Notes: a model not told the origin generated them from the sequence alone. A stretch of DNA of 64,000 bases from Diplonema japonicum (GCA_964019335.1 OZ025706.1:434001-498000), one strand, 5' to 3'; counted from the stretch's first letter, positions 10,162-22,341 are shown. Numbers and translations are program-made.

Positions 10162-13100
10162 TCACTCACTCAACTCGTCATCTGATGGGATGTTGTCGGG
10201 AACACAAAGCTTCGACAGCTGGGTGTCTACTGTGCTCGGCGCTTTGTGTGTGTTTGCACTCGTGGCGCTGAAGAAGTCATGTGTGCCTCGTTTGGAAAAT
10301 CGTTTTGATCGTTTCCTGAACTTGTTGAGCAGCTGCATGCCATAGTGGTTTTGCTTCAGAATGGACTCGCCTATCAAAGCGATGCGTGCAACCCGTTCAT
10401 TACGGGGCTGTGCCTCTGTCGTGTATTCAGAAATCACCTCGATCCTCTCTCTTGCGGTTTGGTAAAACGGCTGCAGGCAAACAGGGAACGACTGCAAAGA
10501 CCTAAAGGCATCACAAGGTAGCATGTACACCTCGCTGTGAACAAGGATCTCTACAGTGGCCACTTGCCCGACGCACCCGAAAATGAGGTTTGTCTCCCCC
10601 CAGTAGGACCCGCCCTCAAGCCACTCCACCACCACTGGTTCTGGATACACTTTCTCCCCAGCTTGCACCTTTTCCCAATATTCCACTCCGTGAGATTGTT
10701 CGGATAAATGTGCCACGGCACAACCGTTCTGAAAGAAGTAGACACCAGGCACCTCTCCATAGCTGTCCAGCTGTCCTCTCTTCTGCAGAAGCACTTCGCC
10801 TCTGCATAGAAATACAGGGCGCATAGCGCTTACCACATAGGCAGCGAACTCTGGATCGTTGGTTAACTGCAGTTCGCTGAACTTCGAAACGATGTTTAGG
10901 TTTGCGTAATACTCAAGCTCCTTGCCCAGCTGCAGAGGGAGCTCGGAGGATAAAAAGTTGTACTGCCCTTGGTAGACCTGCGCAGTTCTCTCATATCGTA
11001 TCCTAAGGAAGTCTATGCATTCGTCAACCACATTTTCGCCGAAGGCCGAGGCCTCCTGCTTTTTGTGGAGCTTGACATACTCAGAGTATGCAAGGAGGGT
11101 GTCGATTTTGCTCTGGTAGACCAGTTCATTAGAGCCCAAGATGATCAACAGCTGCTGCATATACGCGATAGCGGTGGCGAATAACATGATCCCGAAGCAC
11201 GCCGTGAAGAGGCAGATGGCCGTCTCTGCGATGGTCTGCGGGTAAGCGGTGCCAAACCCCGAGAAGCTCCGGCACGCCCAGTAGAAAGCATAAAGTGCTT
11301 GGTGGAAGGTGTTAGAGTCGCTGAAGCCTTTTGCACCGGTGTACCGGTCGGTGTCACGGTCGTCTTGCTGGTTGACTACAAGCAACTGCCACAAGCACCC
11401 TATCCAGAACAAGATGCAGCACAGCATGAGCGTAAGAACCACGAAAATACCCACCACTTCACTCCATCCGAGGATGTCGTTCACTTGCTCGATCAGCGAC
11501 TTAACCTCATATATTGCCACCAGTCTGTTGAGCCGCATGGAATGCAGCAACGAAGCCTTCTTAAACACCGAGAACCACACGAGCTCATGAGGTATCACAG
11601 ACACCACGTCCTTCACGAAGTCTGTTTCCAAGTAGTTTTGTTTGATGCGTGCCTTGTTCGTGACAAGGATGCCATGCTCTACGAAGGGCATGCTGAACCT
11701 GTGGACAATGTTCATGTAGAAGGTCAAGTCGCACAAGTAGTCGAAGCACAGCCACATCAGCAGTGAGAAGTCGAAGGAGTCAGTAGGAAGGAAGACAGCT
11801 TTGTAAGGGGTCACAAACAACAAGTAGAACAGGGCGGAGAGACGCACAACGAGAAACATGCAGTATAATTGCGGGTGGGTAAGCCTGAAGAGCTCTGCTT
11901 CTTGGTCACCTTCCTCCACTGTTTCACCATTAATGGTCATGGACGGCCTCTTCTCCGTAACTATCGCTTCTTGCTTTGCAAACTCTGCAGCGGCTGCCTG
12001 GTTGAAATTTCCCCATAAGTGCTTCTGTACAGTCGGTCGGTCATCAGGTAGCTTTCCTAGCAGGACTTGTTCCATGCTCGTGCATTGCTCAAGGTTGGTG
12101 ATGAAAGCTTCTTCGGTTTTGTCCTTCTTCTTCTTCTTGAACAGATCCTGCATTTCCCCGTCGAAGACGGCACCAGTGGACGTCACAGCAACAACAAGGT
12201 GCTCTATCAAAGGGTCTTTGCGCACTCTGGACACGGCTGCGTGCAGCTTTTTAATCCACCTCGCTCCTTCGATGTTTAAGTGTGCGGACTTCTTCTTCTG
12301 CATCATGGCGTTGTTCACGATGTCTTGCAGGACATTCTCCGCTATAACCCAGTCTTCGTAGGACACGGACCGCAACGCATCTGAGTACGCAGGATGCGGG
12401 GGGCGTTCGATGCATAGCTGTGCAAGGCCGTTGCGCAGCTTGATGTCGCCGCTTGGGAACGGTAGCACGGCCTCGAGGCAGAGCATCATCCAGACACGGT
12501 TGCTGTCCGTCGCGAAGGCTCCTTCTGCTACCACCAGCATGTCCTCAGCAAGGGCCATCCCAGCCAGCGACTCGGCAACGCACCGAACACTTCCCATCAC
12601 AGCATGCACAGACCCCCCGTTCCATTGAAGGATGCCATTCTCAACCATCCCTGAGGCCAATCCTATGCCGGTATCCTTGCAAGACAGCCGGATGGCACAC
12701 GACGTGCTCTGAACCATGTTGTCGCGCTCATCGCCCTCCCACCGTGCCACCAGTCTGATCCCTGAACCCCCTTCAGGGATGCCGCCCTCTTCAACAACTG
12801 TTCTGTGGAAGTTCTTCACTATCGCCTTGTAGTCCGTCTCCCGTGCGCACATGGCCCTCGGCCGCTGCATCACCAGGTATGTGGTTATCACATCAGTAAT
12901 GGTGTCCTCTTGGTGCTGTCTTGTGACGGCTGCACCAAACTCGCTGTTGACAGGGACAGCCATTACTGAGATGACATCGGCCACACGTCCTCGTTCCTTG
13001 ACGCGATGGTACATGTCCTGGGCCATTCTGTCGGTAGGGTTCTTCATTACGAAGTCATGTAACATCGACAGGCCCTGTTTCTTGTCGGTTTCATGCAGGG

Positions 13101-15090
13101 CCCACGCATCGGTCAGACTATCCCGCTTGTCGTTAGTGTGCAACTTCTCAACCAACGTGTAGAGCACAGCAGTCGTTGTGTCTGGGGGGATGATGTACTC
13201 AGTCACCGGGCGGAGGGCAAAGGTGTCCTTCGCCATCCATCCTTGTACTGTGTGGGCCACAAGGTTGTTGGTGTGATAGAGCTCGCATGCGCTGCACAAT
13301 GTCGTCGCACGCTGCACAGGACTGCCGACAATGCAACGTACCCTGAAACCATCAGAGCCCACAGTGCCTGCCTGCACGGGGCCCTGGTCAGCCCCCATGC
13401 AGACTGTGAAGTTCAAAGTTGCAGAGAGTCGTGCTGCTTCGTTGGCACGCGACATGATCAGCATAATGGACCTGCACACCCGTAGCGATAGAAAATTAGG
13501 GTTGCCCATCGCACCGAAGGAGACAAGCATCCCCTCCCCACGCACAGCCTCCATGGTGCCAGTGGTGACTTTCATGTCTTCTGTCACTCCCAACACCCAC
13601 TCACGGAGTACTGCGTGCGTCACATCAGGATCGGTACTGTTCCAAGCCCCCCTGGCGTAAATAACCCCTGCAGACCGTACATGCCTGATGCCTATCGTAC
13701 CTAACGACTTTACGAATGACACCTTCGAGCGGATCGGGTCTAGCGGGGTCGGCAGGAGGTTAGGCAAAGGGAATGATTCTTCGCTGGAACGACTTGCCCC
13801 GCATTGCAACTCTGACTGCACAAGCCCAGACATCACGGCGTCAGCAGTCCAGTCGAAGGCAGGTACCTCCAGCTCATCCATGACACTCCTTGGGAGGAAT
13901 GAATGCAGACATTTGATGTTCTCCAGCAGCTTTGCGAAACTTTCCCACATCAGAATCAGCTCTGAAAGGATCATGCCCTCCGGCGGCTCAACGTCGTACT
14001 TCAGGACAGCTGCTTCTTCCATGCATCGGGAGGTTGCCTTGATCCGCGAGCTGATGTTCATGCTGACACATGCGCCCAGCGTTGCGAGCACCACAAAGCT
14101 GCAGACTATGAGTACGATGAGGTTCTTGAGCTTCGTGAACAGCTTCCCAGACAAGTCAGATTCTGGAATAATAACTAACGCCGTCATCTGCAGTCCGTTG
14201 TAGTCGGCAATGAACCTAACACCGATAAGGAGGTCGTCGTGTTGCACCACCCTGTCCTTCTGGGGCGCAATCAAGCTAACTATGTCTTGCTGGGACAGTC
14301 TGTTCACTAGGTGGTGCTGAAACTCAGACACTGTTTTAAAAGACAACTCCGAAGTGTGCTGGTGGTGCACTGACTCGTTCCAGGAAACCGCTATCACCTG
14401 TTGCGACGCCTGCTCTACAAGGAAGCCCACTCCAGAGGAAGAGTACTTCAGGTTCCTTAGAAACACGGAAAGGGAATCAGTGGTCACGTCCGCTGCCAGT
14501 ACGCCCCCATCCTCCAGTTTGATGGAAGCCGTGATACCGACTTTGCTTCCATCGCTATACTTGTAGGGTGCTGTCCAGGAACAGTTTGGGGATGCTGCTA
14601 AGTACCAAGGACGCGTCGAAGGGAGGAAGCCAGCGAGGGTCGCGACAGGTGCTGCTTCTGCCAAAGTGCTGAGGTTGAGAGGGATGCTTGTTAGAGATGG
14701 CAAGGTAGCGTTGCGCACGTGCCACATTGGGTGTGCTCCTTGAGAACTCTCCACGCCGTAGAAGCTGACCCCATCCCACGTGAGCTGCGAGTACACGATC
14801 TCTGCGCTAGTGGCTGCCATGTCGACAAGTGTGACCATCAGTTCCACTTGTGCATCGTGCCTTCTGCGTGACACGTGCCTCGCGGCCCCCCGCACCCGTC
14901 CCACAGGCACCGAAAGAAAGCCTTCCACCTTCGCAGCGATGTTCCAGCTGATGCTCTCTGCCAAGTCCTCCGCTACCCCGTCCACAACCTGCAACCCATA
15001 AAGCGTAACAGGCAAAAAGCCTAGTGTGAAGGACGCAACAATGAGTAGGATGAAGAACAAGGGCAGCGAAACCTGGAGTGTCACACGCAT
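10162..15090 (-). CDS. Fusion protein: TM-Cache-TM-HAMP-like, two degenerate class III cyclase-like domains, 6TM CNG/KCNH-type channel, cNMP-binding-like domain
   Basis: RPWY..WTAPY Cache motif; GADQGPVQAGTVG cyclase-like segment; S4 MRLNRL; pore ALYAFYWACRSFSGFGTAYP; CNBD GGSYWGETNL. Confidence 0.8.
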   Translation of the reverse strand: MRVTLQVSLPLFFILLIVASFTLGFLPVTLYGLQVVDGVAEDLAESISWNIAAKVEGFLSVPVGRVRGAARHVSRRRHDAQVELMVTLVDMAATSAEIVYSQLTWDGVSFYGVESSQGAHPMWHVRNATLPSLTSIPLNLSTLAEAAPVATLAGFLPSTRPWYLAASPNCSWTAPYKYSDGSKVGITASIKLEDGGVLAADVTTDSLSVFLRNLKYSSSGVGFLVEQASQQVIAVSWNESVHHQHTSELSFKTVSEFQHHLVNRLSQQDIVSLIAPQKDRVVQHDDLLIGVRFIADYNGLQMTALVIIPESDLSGKLFTKLKNLIVLIVCSFVVLATLGACVSMNISSRIKATSRCMEEAAVLKYDVEPPEGMILSELILMWESFAKLLENIKCLHSFLPRSVMDELEVPAFDWTADAVMSGLVQSELQCGASRSSEESFPLPNLLPTPLDPIRSKVSFVKSLGTIGIRHVRSAGVIYARGAWNSTDPDVTHAVLREWVLGVTEDMKVTTGTMEAVRGEGMLVSFGAMGNPNFLSLRVCRSIMLIMSRANEAARLSATLNFTVCMGADQGPVQAGTVGSDGFRVRCIVGSPVQRATTLCSACELYHTNNLVAHTVQGWMAKDTFALRPVTEYIIPPDTTTAVLYTLVEKLHTNDKRDSLTDAWALHETDKKQGLSMLHDFVMKNPTDRMAQDMYHRVKERGRVADVISVMAVPVNSEFGAAVTRQHQEDTITDVITTYLVMQRPRAMCARETDYKAIVKNFHRTVVEEGGIPEGGSGIRLVARWEGDERDNMVQSTSCAIRLSCKDTGIGLASGMVENGILQWNGGSVHAVMGSVRCVAESLAGMALAEDMLVVAEGAFATDSNRVWMMLCLEAVLPFPSGDIKLRNGLAQLCIERPPHPAYSDALRSVSYEDWVIAENVLQDIVNNAMMQKKKSAHLNIEGARWIKKLHAAVSRVRKDPLIEHLVVAVTSTGAVFDGEMQDLFKKKKKDKTEEAFITNLEQCTSMEQVLLGKLPDDRPTVQKHLWGNFNQAAAAEFAKQEAIVTEKRPSMTINGETVEEGDQEAELFRLTHPQLYCMFLVVRLSALFYLLFVTPYKAVFLPTDSFDFSLLMWLCFDYLCDLTFYMNIVHRFSMPFVEHGILVTNKARIKQNYLETDFVKDVVSVIPHELVWFSVFKKASLLHSMRLNRLVAIYEVKSLIEQVNDILGWSEVVGIFVVLTLMLCCILFWIGCLWQLLVVNQQDDRDTDRYTGAKGFSDSNTFHQALYAFYWACRSFSGFGTAYPQTIAETAICLFTACFGIMLFATAIAYMQQLLIILGSNELVYQSKIDTLLAYSEYVKLHKKQEASAFGENVVDECIDFLRIRYERTAQVYQGQYNFLSSELPLQLGKELEYYANLNIVSKFSELQLTNDPEFAAYVVSAMRPVFLCRGEVLLQKRGQLDSYGEVPGVYFFQNGCAVAHLSEQSHGVEYWEKVQAGEKVYPEPVVVEWLEGGSYWGETNLIFGCVGQVATVEILVHSEVYMLPCDAFRSLQSFPVCLQPFYQTARERIEVISEYTTEAQPRNERVARIALIGESILKQNHYGMQLLNKFRKRSKRFSKRGTHDFFSATSANTHKAPSTVDTQLSKLCVPDNIPSDDELSE

Positions 15091-15171
15091 TACATGTTTT
15101 CCAAGGTAACTGTGGCGTGTGGCTGTTGTCGGTTGTGACTATGTACAATACAAACAATACTCACCTGCTTG

Positions 15172-16134
15172 CTATGCGGCGAATCCTGTGAGCTTCTTAG
15201 GCTTAACGGCAATGGCGGTATACTTCGCTTTCCATTTGGATGCTGCTTTGAAGTTGCCTGTGCGTTCCTTCAGCACTGAGAGACCGCGCAGGGGCTTGGG
15301 GTAGTCGGGGGTGACGCTGGTTGATTGCAGAAATAACACTTCAGCAGATGCGTTCTGGCCCAATTCAAGGCAGTCGTACGCAAGCTTGCACAAAGCGGCG
15401 GAAGCCCAACGGCGATAGAACCGCCCTTTGAGAACACGTAAGTGTTTATTTTCAGATAGCACCTCTTGAAGGTGCTTCTCTGCAGACTCCGATGTGGAAC
15501 ACCCTGTGCACACAACGTCGACTTCAGGTGCCATGCTAAGGGACCTCCTGAGCGCTTCGAGGCCTACATCAGTGACTCCAGGCAAACCGCACAACCACAC
15601 CCTTCGCAGACTCGTTCGGGACAGAATGTCGGCTAAGACATTGATTGTTGTGTCTCCGATGAGGGTTCGTGACAGGCTGAGGGTTTCGATGTTGGTGTCG
15701 GGGAGCGTGGACACCAGCTGTGCGGCAGTCTTGTCAGACAGTTTGTTCCCTGCAAGGTAGAGCGTGGTCAGCTTGCTGCAGGCACCTACATGGCTCAGAA
15801 CGTCTTTGAGTACACCGTCAGGCAGGTTGCAGTTGGTAATGTATAGCTCCTCAACACGGTCGGTGGAGCTCTGCACGGCGTGGTGGATGGCACCGTACTC
15901 GTTCGTGTTGTAGAAGTACCTGTTGCTAATGTCGAGAACGTTCTTCGTGGGCCACCACTCAAGACGCAGCAGCTCTGTCTGCTCTGCCTCATTCGCCGCT
16001 TTCGACTCATGCGAACCGGCGCAGAACAATGACCCTTCACTGGCTCCGTCGCTTGTTTTCGCAGATGGCGCCTTTTCTGGTGTTATGAACCCCCCGCCCC
16101 CAGCACGCGCTCCTGTACTCCCACTGCTCCCCAT
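15172..16134 (-). CDS. RNI-like leucine-rich-repeat protein, possibly N-myristoylated
   Basis: MGSSGS N-terminus. LxxLxLxxN repeats (LTTLYLAGNKLSD, IETLSLSRTLIGD). Confidence 0.8.
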   Translation of the reverse strand: MGSSGSTGARAGGGGFITPEKAPSAKTSDGASEGSLFCAGSHESKAANEAEQTELLRLEWWPTKNVLDISNRYFYNTNEYGAIHHAVQSSTDRVEELYITNCNLPDGVLKDVLSHVGACSKLTTLYLAGNKLSDKTAAQLVSTLPDTNIETLSLSRTLIGDTTINVLADILSRTSLRRVWLCGLPGVTDVGLEALRRSLSMAPEVDVVCTGCSTSESAEKHLQEVLSENKHLRVLKGRFYRRWASAALCKLAYDCLELGQNASAEVLFLQSTSVTPDYPKPLRGLSVLKERTGNFKAASKWKAKYTAIAVKPKKLTGFAA

Positions 16135-16565
16135 GGCCTACACGTGGCTCATCTTCCTTTTCATCGGCTTGTAGGTGGAAAAAGAAAAAGAAAAAGAAAA
16201 AAAAAACAATAAAAAGGAAAAAGAAAACCACTTTCCCCTTTTTCTCCCTTGCTTTCTGGGTGCTCCATAAATAAATAAAAAAGGCTGGGAATGAGAAAGA
16301 GAGGGAGGGGAACTTAGCAGGGCATGGGTGTGTGAGAATGTATCTTCTCCCTCTCATTTCTCTCTCATTTAAGGGTGGGGAAGAGCAAAGGGAGAAAGGG
16401 GACACAATTCAGGACCGAGGACAAACATGCATCGGCATCAACACCAGAAGATGCTCCCCATCGTTGGGGTCCTATCACTATTTAAATATTGGTTCCTTTT
16501 TTTTTTTCTCGTTTTTCTTTCTCCTTTCTCCCTTTTCTTGAAATATATTGTTCAGTTCTTTTCGT

Positions 16566-16598
<33 letters not shown>

Positions 16599-16623
16599 CT
16601 TCCCTTTCCTTCGAGTCGTAGTC

Positions 16624-17183
16624 TTACTTCCCGATGAGGTGTTCCTTGAGGTAAGCGATGGTCTCCTCGAAGGTCTTGACAGAGTGACCCTGGGTTCTGG
16701 AGTCTTCGAATATTTCGTGATCGTTACCGCCCACATAGGTCTTGTCACCGAAGAAGTGGATGGTGTCGAAGTCCTTCTCAACGAATCGCAGACTGTAGGT
16801 CTTGTCCCATCCGATGGGGAAGGCGTCAAAAGAGATCTGCCCCCCAATCGAGAATTTGAAGTTCCACTCAGTTCCTTCCCCGAACTCCTTCTCCAGTGCA
16901 GCGACCATCGGCTTCCTCACGTTGTGCTCCATGTCGTACTTTTCGAACTCGTCCCTCTCAGACTGCGAGCAGTTCCTCCCAATCGGCGAGATGTTCACCA
17001 TCCCGTTGCGGAGCTGATTTTTTTTTTTTTTTTTTTTTGAAAAAAGCACACACCTCGAAGAACGTCCCCCTCTGAACAGGGATGTCGAGGTCCGCCACCA
17101 TTCTCAGAACCGTCTTTGTGAACTTAGAAAGCTTCTGCTCACCAAGATGCTTGCACAAGTTTTGTTTGAAGATCTCTTCACCT

Positions 17184-17217
<34 letters not shown>

Positions 17218-17494
17218 CCCAACTTATTTACTATCCCATCCCCCACACACCATCCTTGAACGCGTGAAGCCCGTTCTCCGCAAACACGTAGTCGAAGTTC
17301 TTGAGCACGCCGTCCCCAAGCTGCTCGTACTGCTTCACCAGGTCGCTGCCCCCGACGATGCCGATCGTGTACTCCTTCCTCAGCTCCGCCAACGCGTCGA
17401 ACATCTCCTGCGTGGCGGGCTTCCGCGGCACCGTGAGTGTGCCATCAACATCGAACAGCACCAATGTCTTACCGTGCTTTCGGTCGGTTGCCAT
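16624..17494 (-). CDS. PMM: Phosphomannomutase, 3 exons (17494-17251, 17181-17054, 17013-16624), 253 aa
   Basis: [25 protein letters not shown]|[30 protein letters not shown]. Two GT-AG introns restore the frame. Confidence 0.96.
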
Positions 17495-17742
17495 TTTCTT
17501 TTTTTTTTTTGTATGTGCTGGTCTGGAGTGGTGTCTGCAATGCACACTATGATGGAGAAAAAAGAAATGCTCTGAAATGAAAAAAAAAAAATACATGACA
17601 TATTGACACGCAGCAGAGCAACCACAGCGTACAAAGCTGCAATGAGATAACAAGGCCTGCTGTTCTAGATCTAGTCTTAAGGGGGCTTTTACACTCTCCC
17701 CTTTTGGTGAAGCTGTGTGGATTTGTTGTTTTAAATTGTTGT

Positions 17743-19434
17743 TTAACACACCCGAAGAGAGAGGGAATCAATGAGGGTTCGTGCCTCCCTCTTTGGGATG
17801 GTGATGGATGTGTGGTCGAGGCTGTTGACTGCGACGCCCTGCATGTTCAACGAGGCGACCGCTGCGCGCAGGTGGGTGCCGAAGGGGTTGTATTCGTCTT
17901 CCGCATTACTGCCGTCTAGCGGCATGCATGGCACTACGCAATACGTGCCCTGATCCTTGTTGAGAGACAACATAACTAAGGGGCTTGGTGTCTTCTCGCC
18001 TTCTATGAGCACATCCAGGATGCACCTCGCCAATGCTAGCAGCGATGCAGGGCGGGAGAAGTAAGCTAAGTCAGACGACGACTCGTTCACGAAGCAGTAC
18101 CTAAAGTGCCCCACGTTGCGGATGTACCCCGTTTGGAGAAGGAACGCAGTCTGGCTAATAAGCGCTGCCTGGCTTGCCTTGGCCATGGACGATGCTTCAT
18201 CCAACCGCCCACTGGACCTCCTGTTGTCTAGCACGTCGTACGCCGCCCAGAACATGCTCGTCCAGTCCTTGCCAGGGTCGTTAAGCACCGCATTGCAGAT
18301 GTGCCCCATGTCTGATGCCGAGATTGGGATGCTGTAGCCCTGCTGCATGATGATCGACTTGAAGGAGAACGCCGACATGCCTGTCGTCCTGAAGTTCTCC
18401 GTAAGCATGCTGAGAAGGTCCTCGCGCTCCTCTTTGCCCCACAAGGTCGACCACTCGATCTTGGTGTCCTCTTCCTTGAGGCCAAGCTTGCCGTGGAGGA
18501 GCCGCTTGAGTTTGTTGATACCACCATCGGAGTCGAGAAGCTTCATCTTTGAGGACACGTAAGGCGAGTAGTACAGAGAATCCCACAGGGATGAAAGGCG
18601 CAGGAGGTACAGCTGATGTTCGAGAGCTTCTTCGAGCCGTATGGTGTGGAAGGCCTTGTACTCAATGTTGTCCTTGCCGAGCCGCTCGTGTTGTGGTTTG
18701 AGAACGTTCTTCTGGGCGATGGTGAGGAGGTAGGAGGAGATGAGAGACTCGTACTGCGGTTTGGATATCTTTTTGGTGAGGAGAAAGTGCACAAGGGACA
18801 CCGCAGCGAACCAGAGCACATCGTCCACATGGTGCGCCATCGCGTCTGCGGTGACTCTGTACAGCAGCGTGGCGGTCGGCTGCCCGAACCAGTTCCCACG
18901 GTAGTACCGTTGTGTGAAGTAGGCGTCTTCATCGTCCTCTTCTGAGGATTCCGACGAGAGGGAGTCCTCGTCGTCAGCGTCCTTCACAGTCTTCCGTCTT
19001 TTATGCTTGTTTCTCTGCGATCGTTTGATGTGCTTCCCGATGTCCTCTGTCTCGCCTTGCCACACTTGGATGTTCTTGCTTGTGATGTTCTCGTATCGGA
19101 TTGGTCTGTGGGAGTCGATGACGTGTGCCTCGACGTCGCCTGAGGGTATGTAGTCGTCTAGAGGGTACCCACCGCCGCAGTTTAGGAAGATGATGCTCAC
19201 TTCGCCAGAGGGGATGTCCTGCAGTGTGGACTTGATGGCCTCCAGGCCGTCAACGGGGGTCACTGTGGGCTCCACCTTGTCGGAGAGGAAGAGTTGCATC
19301 ATGATCTTTAGCGCGCACACCCCATCCAAGTCCGACCCTACTAAAACCTGCACTGATGCTTTCCCAGAAGAAACCCATCGTCCGCGTAAACCCTTGTACA
19401 CATTCACCAGATCGGTGTCTCGCAGTAGCACCAT
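17743..19434 (-). CDS. CDC45: DNA replication factor CDC45
   Basis: [22 protein letters not shown], acidic insert, [26 protein letters not shown]. Confidence 0.92.
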   Translation of the reverse strand: MVLLRDTDLVNVYKGLRGRWVSSGKASVQVLVGSDLDGVCALKIMMQLFLSDKVEPTVTPVDGLEAIKSTLQDIPSGEVSIIFLNCGGGYPLDDYIPSGDVEAHVIDSHRPIRYENITSKNIQVWQGETEDIGKHIKRSQRNKHKRRKTVKDADDEDSLSSESSEEDDEDAYFTQRYYRGNWFGQPTATLLYRVTADAMAHHVDDVLWFAAVSLVHFLLTKKISKPQYESLISSYLLTIAQKNVLKPQHERLGKDNIEYKAFHTIRLEEALEHQLYLLRLSSLWDSLYYSPYVSSKMKLLDSDGGINKLKRLLHGKLGLKEEDTKIEWSTLWGKEEREDLLSMLTENFRTTGMSAFSFKSIIMQQGYSIPISASDMGHICNAVLNDPGKDWTSMFWAAYDVLDNRRSSGRLDEASSMAKASQAALISQTAFLLQTGYIRNVGHFRYCFVNESSSDLAYFSRPASLLALARCILDVLIEGEKTPSPLVMLSLNKDQGTYCVVPCMPLDGSNAEDEYNPFGTHLRAAVASLNMQGVAVNSLDHTSITIPKREARTLIDSLSLRVC

Positions 19435-19925
19435 GTTCCACCTGTTCCCGTGTGTGGAGGAGAAAACAAGGGCGGGGGGAAGAGAAAGAAAAAAGATTCC
19501 AGAGGGGAGAGAGGAGAAGTGTTAAAAAAAAGGGCTGTGGTGTGAATTTAAGGAAGGGAAAAGGGAGGGGAGGGAGGGGGGGGAAGAGAAAACTTTCGGA
19601 AAGCAGGGGTTTTTTTTTTTTTTTTTCGTTTTCTTTTTTCCCCCCCCCCTTTCTTCCCCCTTTCTTTTGTTTATGAGGGGACTTTAAAGCAAATCATCCC
19701 TCATCTCTCACTCCTCCTCCTCTCTCTCTCTTTTGTTTCTAAGAAAAAAAAAAATAAAAGTCATAATAAAAAAAAAAAGCAGGAAAAATGAAAGAAAAAA
19801 AGTGAAAATGAATCTAGTTTTTTTAAGGGGTATATTTTGAGGAAGGTGTCTTAATTCTCTTGGTTTGTCCCCTGGGCTATTCACAGCAATGGGGGGGAGG
19901 GGGAGGGGAGTGGCGAAATCCACTT

Positions 19926-19976
<51 letters not shown>

Positions 19977-19990
19977 TTTCGTTCTTTCAT

Positions 19991-20567
<577 letters not shown>

Positions 20568-20664
20568 GTTGGCAATAATCCTGTAGCGTTGTGGAGGGGA
20601 AAACATTCAAAAAAGAAATTGAAAGAAAGAAAAGAAAAGAAGCCCGCCGGTAAACGGTGTAAAA

Positions 20665-21834
20665 CTAGGGTCTGGGACCCACGGGCAGGGACCGTGCGCT
20701 TTTGAAGACGTTTGTGATGTTGCAAGCAGCTTCTGCAATCAATGAGGCGGCTGTCGCCTGGTGCATTGCGGCTTCCAGTGGCATGGGGCCGTTGCACAGT
20801 GAAAACAACGACGCCCTTGCCAGTGGGGTGCACGACGCTCGTATGAGCTGTGCGTTCGCAACCGACCCTGCCACCACAGCCACGTGCGGGGGTGCCGGCA
20901 GGGAGGCGCACAGTACTGCGACGCCGCTGACCACCTTCCCCGAAACAGTCTGCTCATCGATCTGACCCTCGCCGGTGATCACAAGGTCCGCCCCCTGCAG
21001 TGCACTGTGCAGCCCTGCAGCCTCCGCGCACACGTCAAAACCCGTTCGGATCTCAGCACCCAAGAAGGCCACACACCCAGCACCGAGCCCTCCAGCAGCA
21101 CCTGCTCCCTTGAATTCCACGTCACAGTCCACTACCTTGGCCATGTTTATCATTCCCTCCTCTAGCTGTGCGAGCATGGCATCGGTGGCTCCTTTCTGTC
21201 TTCCGTAAGTATAAGTGGCCCCCGTGTGGCCTGTGAGGGGGTTTGTCACGTCGCATGCTACTAAGAACTTCGTGCCCTTCAGCCTTGGGTCTGCGTTGTC
21301 ATCCGATACTCTTGCTACACGGCTCAGGTCAGCACCTGCAGGGCGCGTGATTGGCTCGCCGCTGCTGTCGTAGAAGGCCAAGCCCAAGCGGTCTGCCATA
21401 CCGGTGCCCATGTCGTTGGTTGCAGACCCTCCAATGCACAGGATGACTGTAGTGGTGCCTCGGGAGAGCGCGTCCAGGATGAGATCGCCGACCCCTGCAG
21501 TCGTAGTCTTGGTGGGGTCCTTTTCTGCAGCGGTCAGGAGTGCGAGGCCGCTGCATCTTGCCATCTCGATTACTGCAGTTTTCCCTTCGTGTATAAGCCC
21601 GTATGCTGCTGTGATGGGTCTTCCCAGAGGGTCTTCTACGTTGTTGACTTCAACAAGCTCGCCCCTTCCACCCCCTGCGAGCACCTCCAGGGAACTATCA
21701 CCCCCATCTGCAAGAGGGCACACCACCACCTCTAACTCCTCACTACACATCAAGACACCATTCCGCATTGCCTGGCACGCCTCGTCTGCGCTCAGACACT
21801 CTTTGAAAGCATTTGAACATGCCACGACCTTCAT
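20665..21834 (-). CDS. glxK: Glycerate kinase (GlxK/GarK type)
   Basis: MKVVACSNAFKECLSA, PLADGGD, IGGSATNDMG, ACDVTNPLTG, GAGAAGGLG, ITGEGQID.QT..GK. Confidence 0.93.
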   Translation of the reverse strand: MKVVACSNAFKECLSADEACQAMRNGVLMCSEELEVVVCPLADGGDSSLEVLAGGGRGELVEVNNVEDPLGRPITAAYGLIHEGKTAVIEMARCSGLALLTAAEKDPTKTTTAGVGDLILDALSRGTTTVILCIGGSATNDMGTGMADRLGLAFYDSSGEPITRPAGADLSRVARVSDDNADPRLKGTKFLVACDVTNPLTGHTGATYTYGRQKGATDAMLAQLEEGMINMAKVVDCDVEFKGAGAAGGLGAGCVAFLGAEIRTGFDVCAEAAGLHSALQGADLVITGEGQIDEQTVSGKVVSGVAVLCASLPAPPHVAVVAGSVANAQLIRASCTPLARASLFSLCNGPMPLEAAMHQATAASLIAEAACNITNVFKSARSLPVGPRP

Positions 21835-22057
21835 GTCGCACCTGTGGGCTGTGCTGGAAAAAAGAAGCACAAAGGGACAAAAAAGAAAACCTACGACTTT
21901 CTCTAAAGGCCGCCAAACCTTTCCCAACCACATGAAGATATCTAAGATTTTGAAAAGAAACGATAGAAAAAAAAGAAAAAAAACAGGGGGGAGGGGAACG
22001 ACCCACCCTAAACGAAGAAGGAAATACACAATAAAATACATAATAATAAGAGAAAAC

Positions 22058-22285
22058 TGCTAACTTGACCCTACCCTCCGGGGATGCTCAAAACCAATCC
22101 CCTTAGTTTGAGATGCCCAAGGTCTATCATTTGGGAAAGTTTCTGACCCGGCCCCCAAAATTTTATAAATCTCAACGTCGTACTCCAAGTCTTCAGAAAG
22201 GTTTTGACCCTTTCCTCTAGGTGACTTTTAGAGACTTAGGGGGTGGACTTTGAGCATTTTGAATACTTTGGGGGTCAAGTTAGCA
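22058..22285. mobile_element. MITE-like element, ~228 bp
   Basis: 14-bp inverted repeat TGCTAACTTGACCC / GGGTCAAGTTAGCA plus subterminal inverted similarity (ATGCTCAAA / TTTGAGCAT). No TSD identified. Confidence 0.6.
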
Positions 22286-22341
22286 CTCCGCCAATAATAT
22301 AAAAATAAGAGGGGGAAAGGGACAAACTCTACCGCAGCAGC

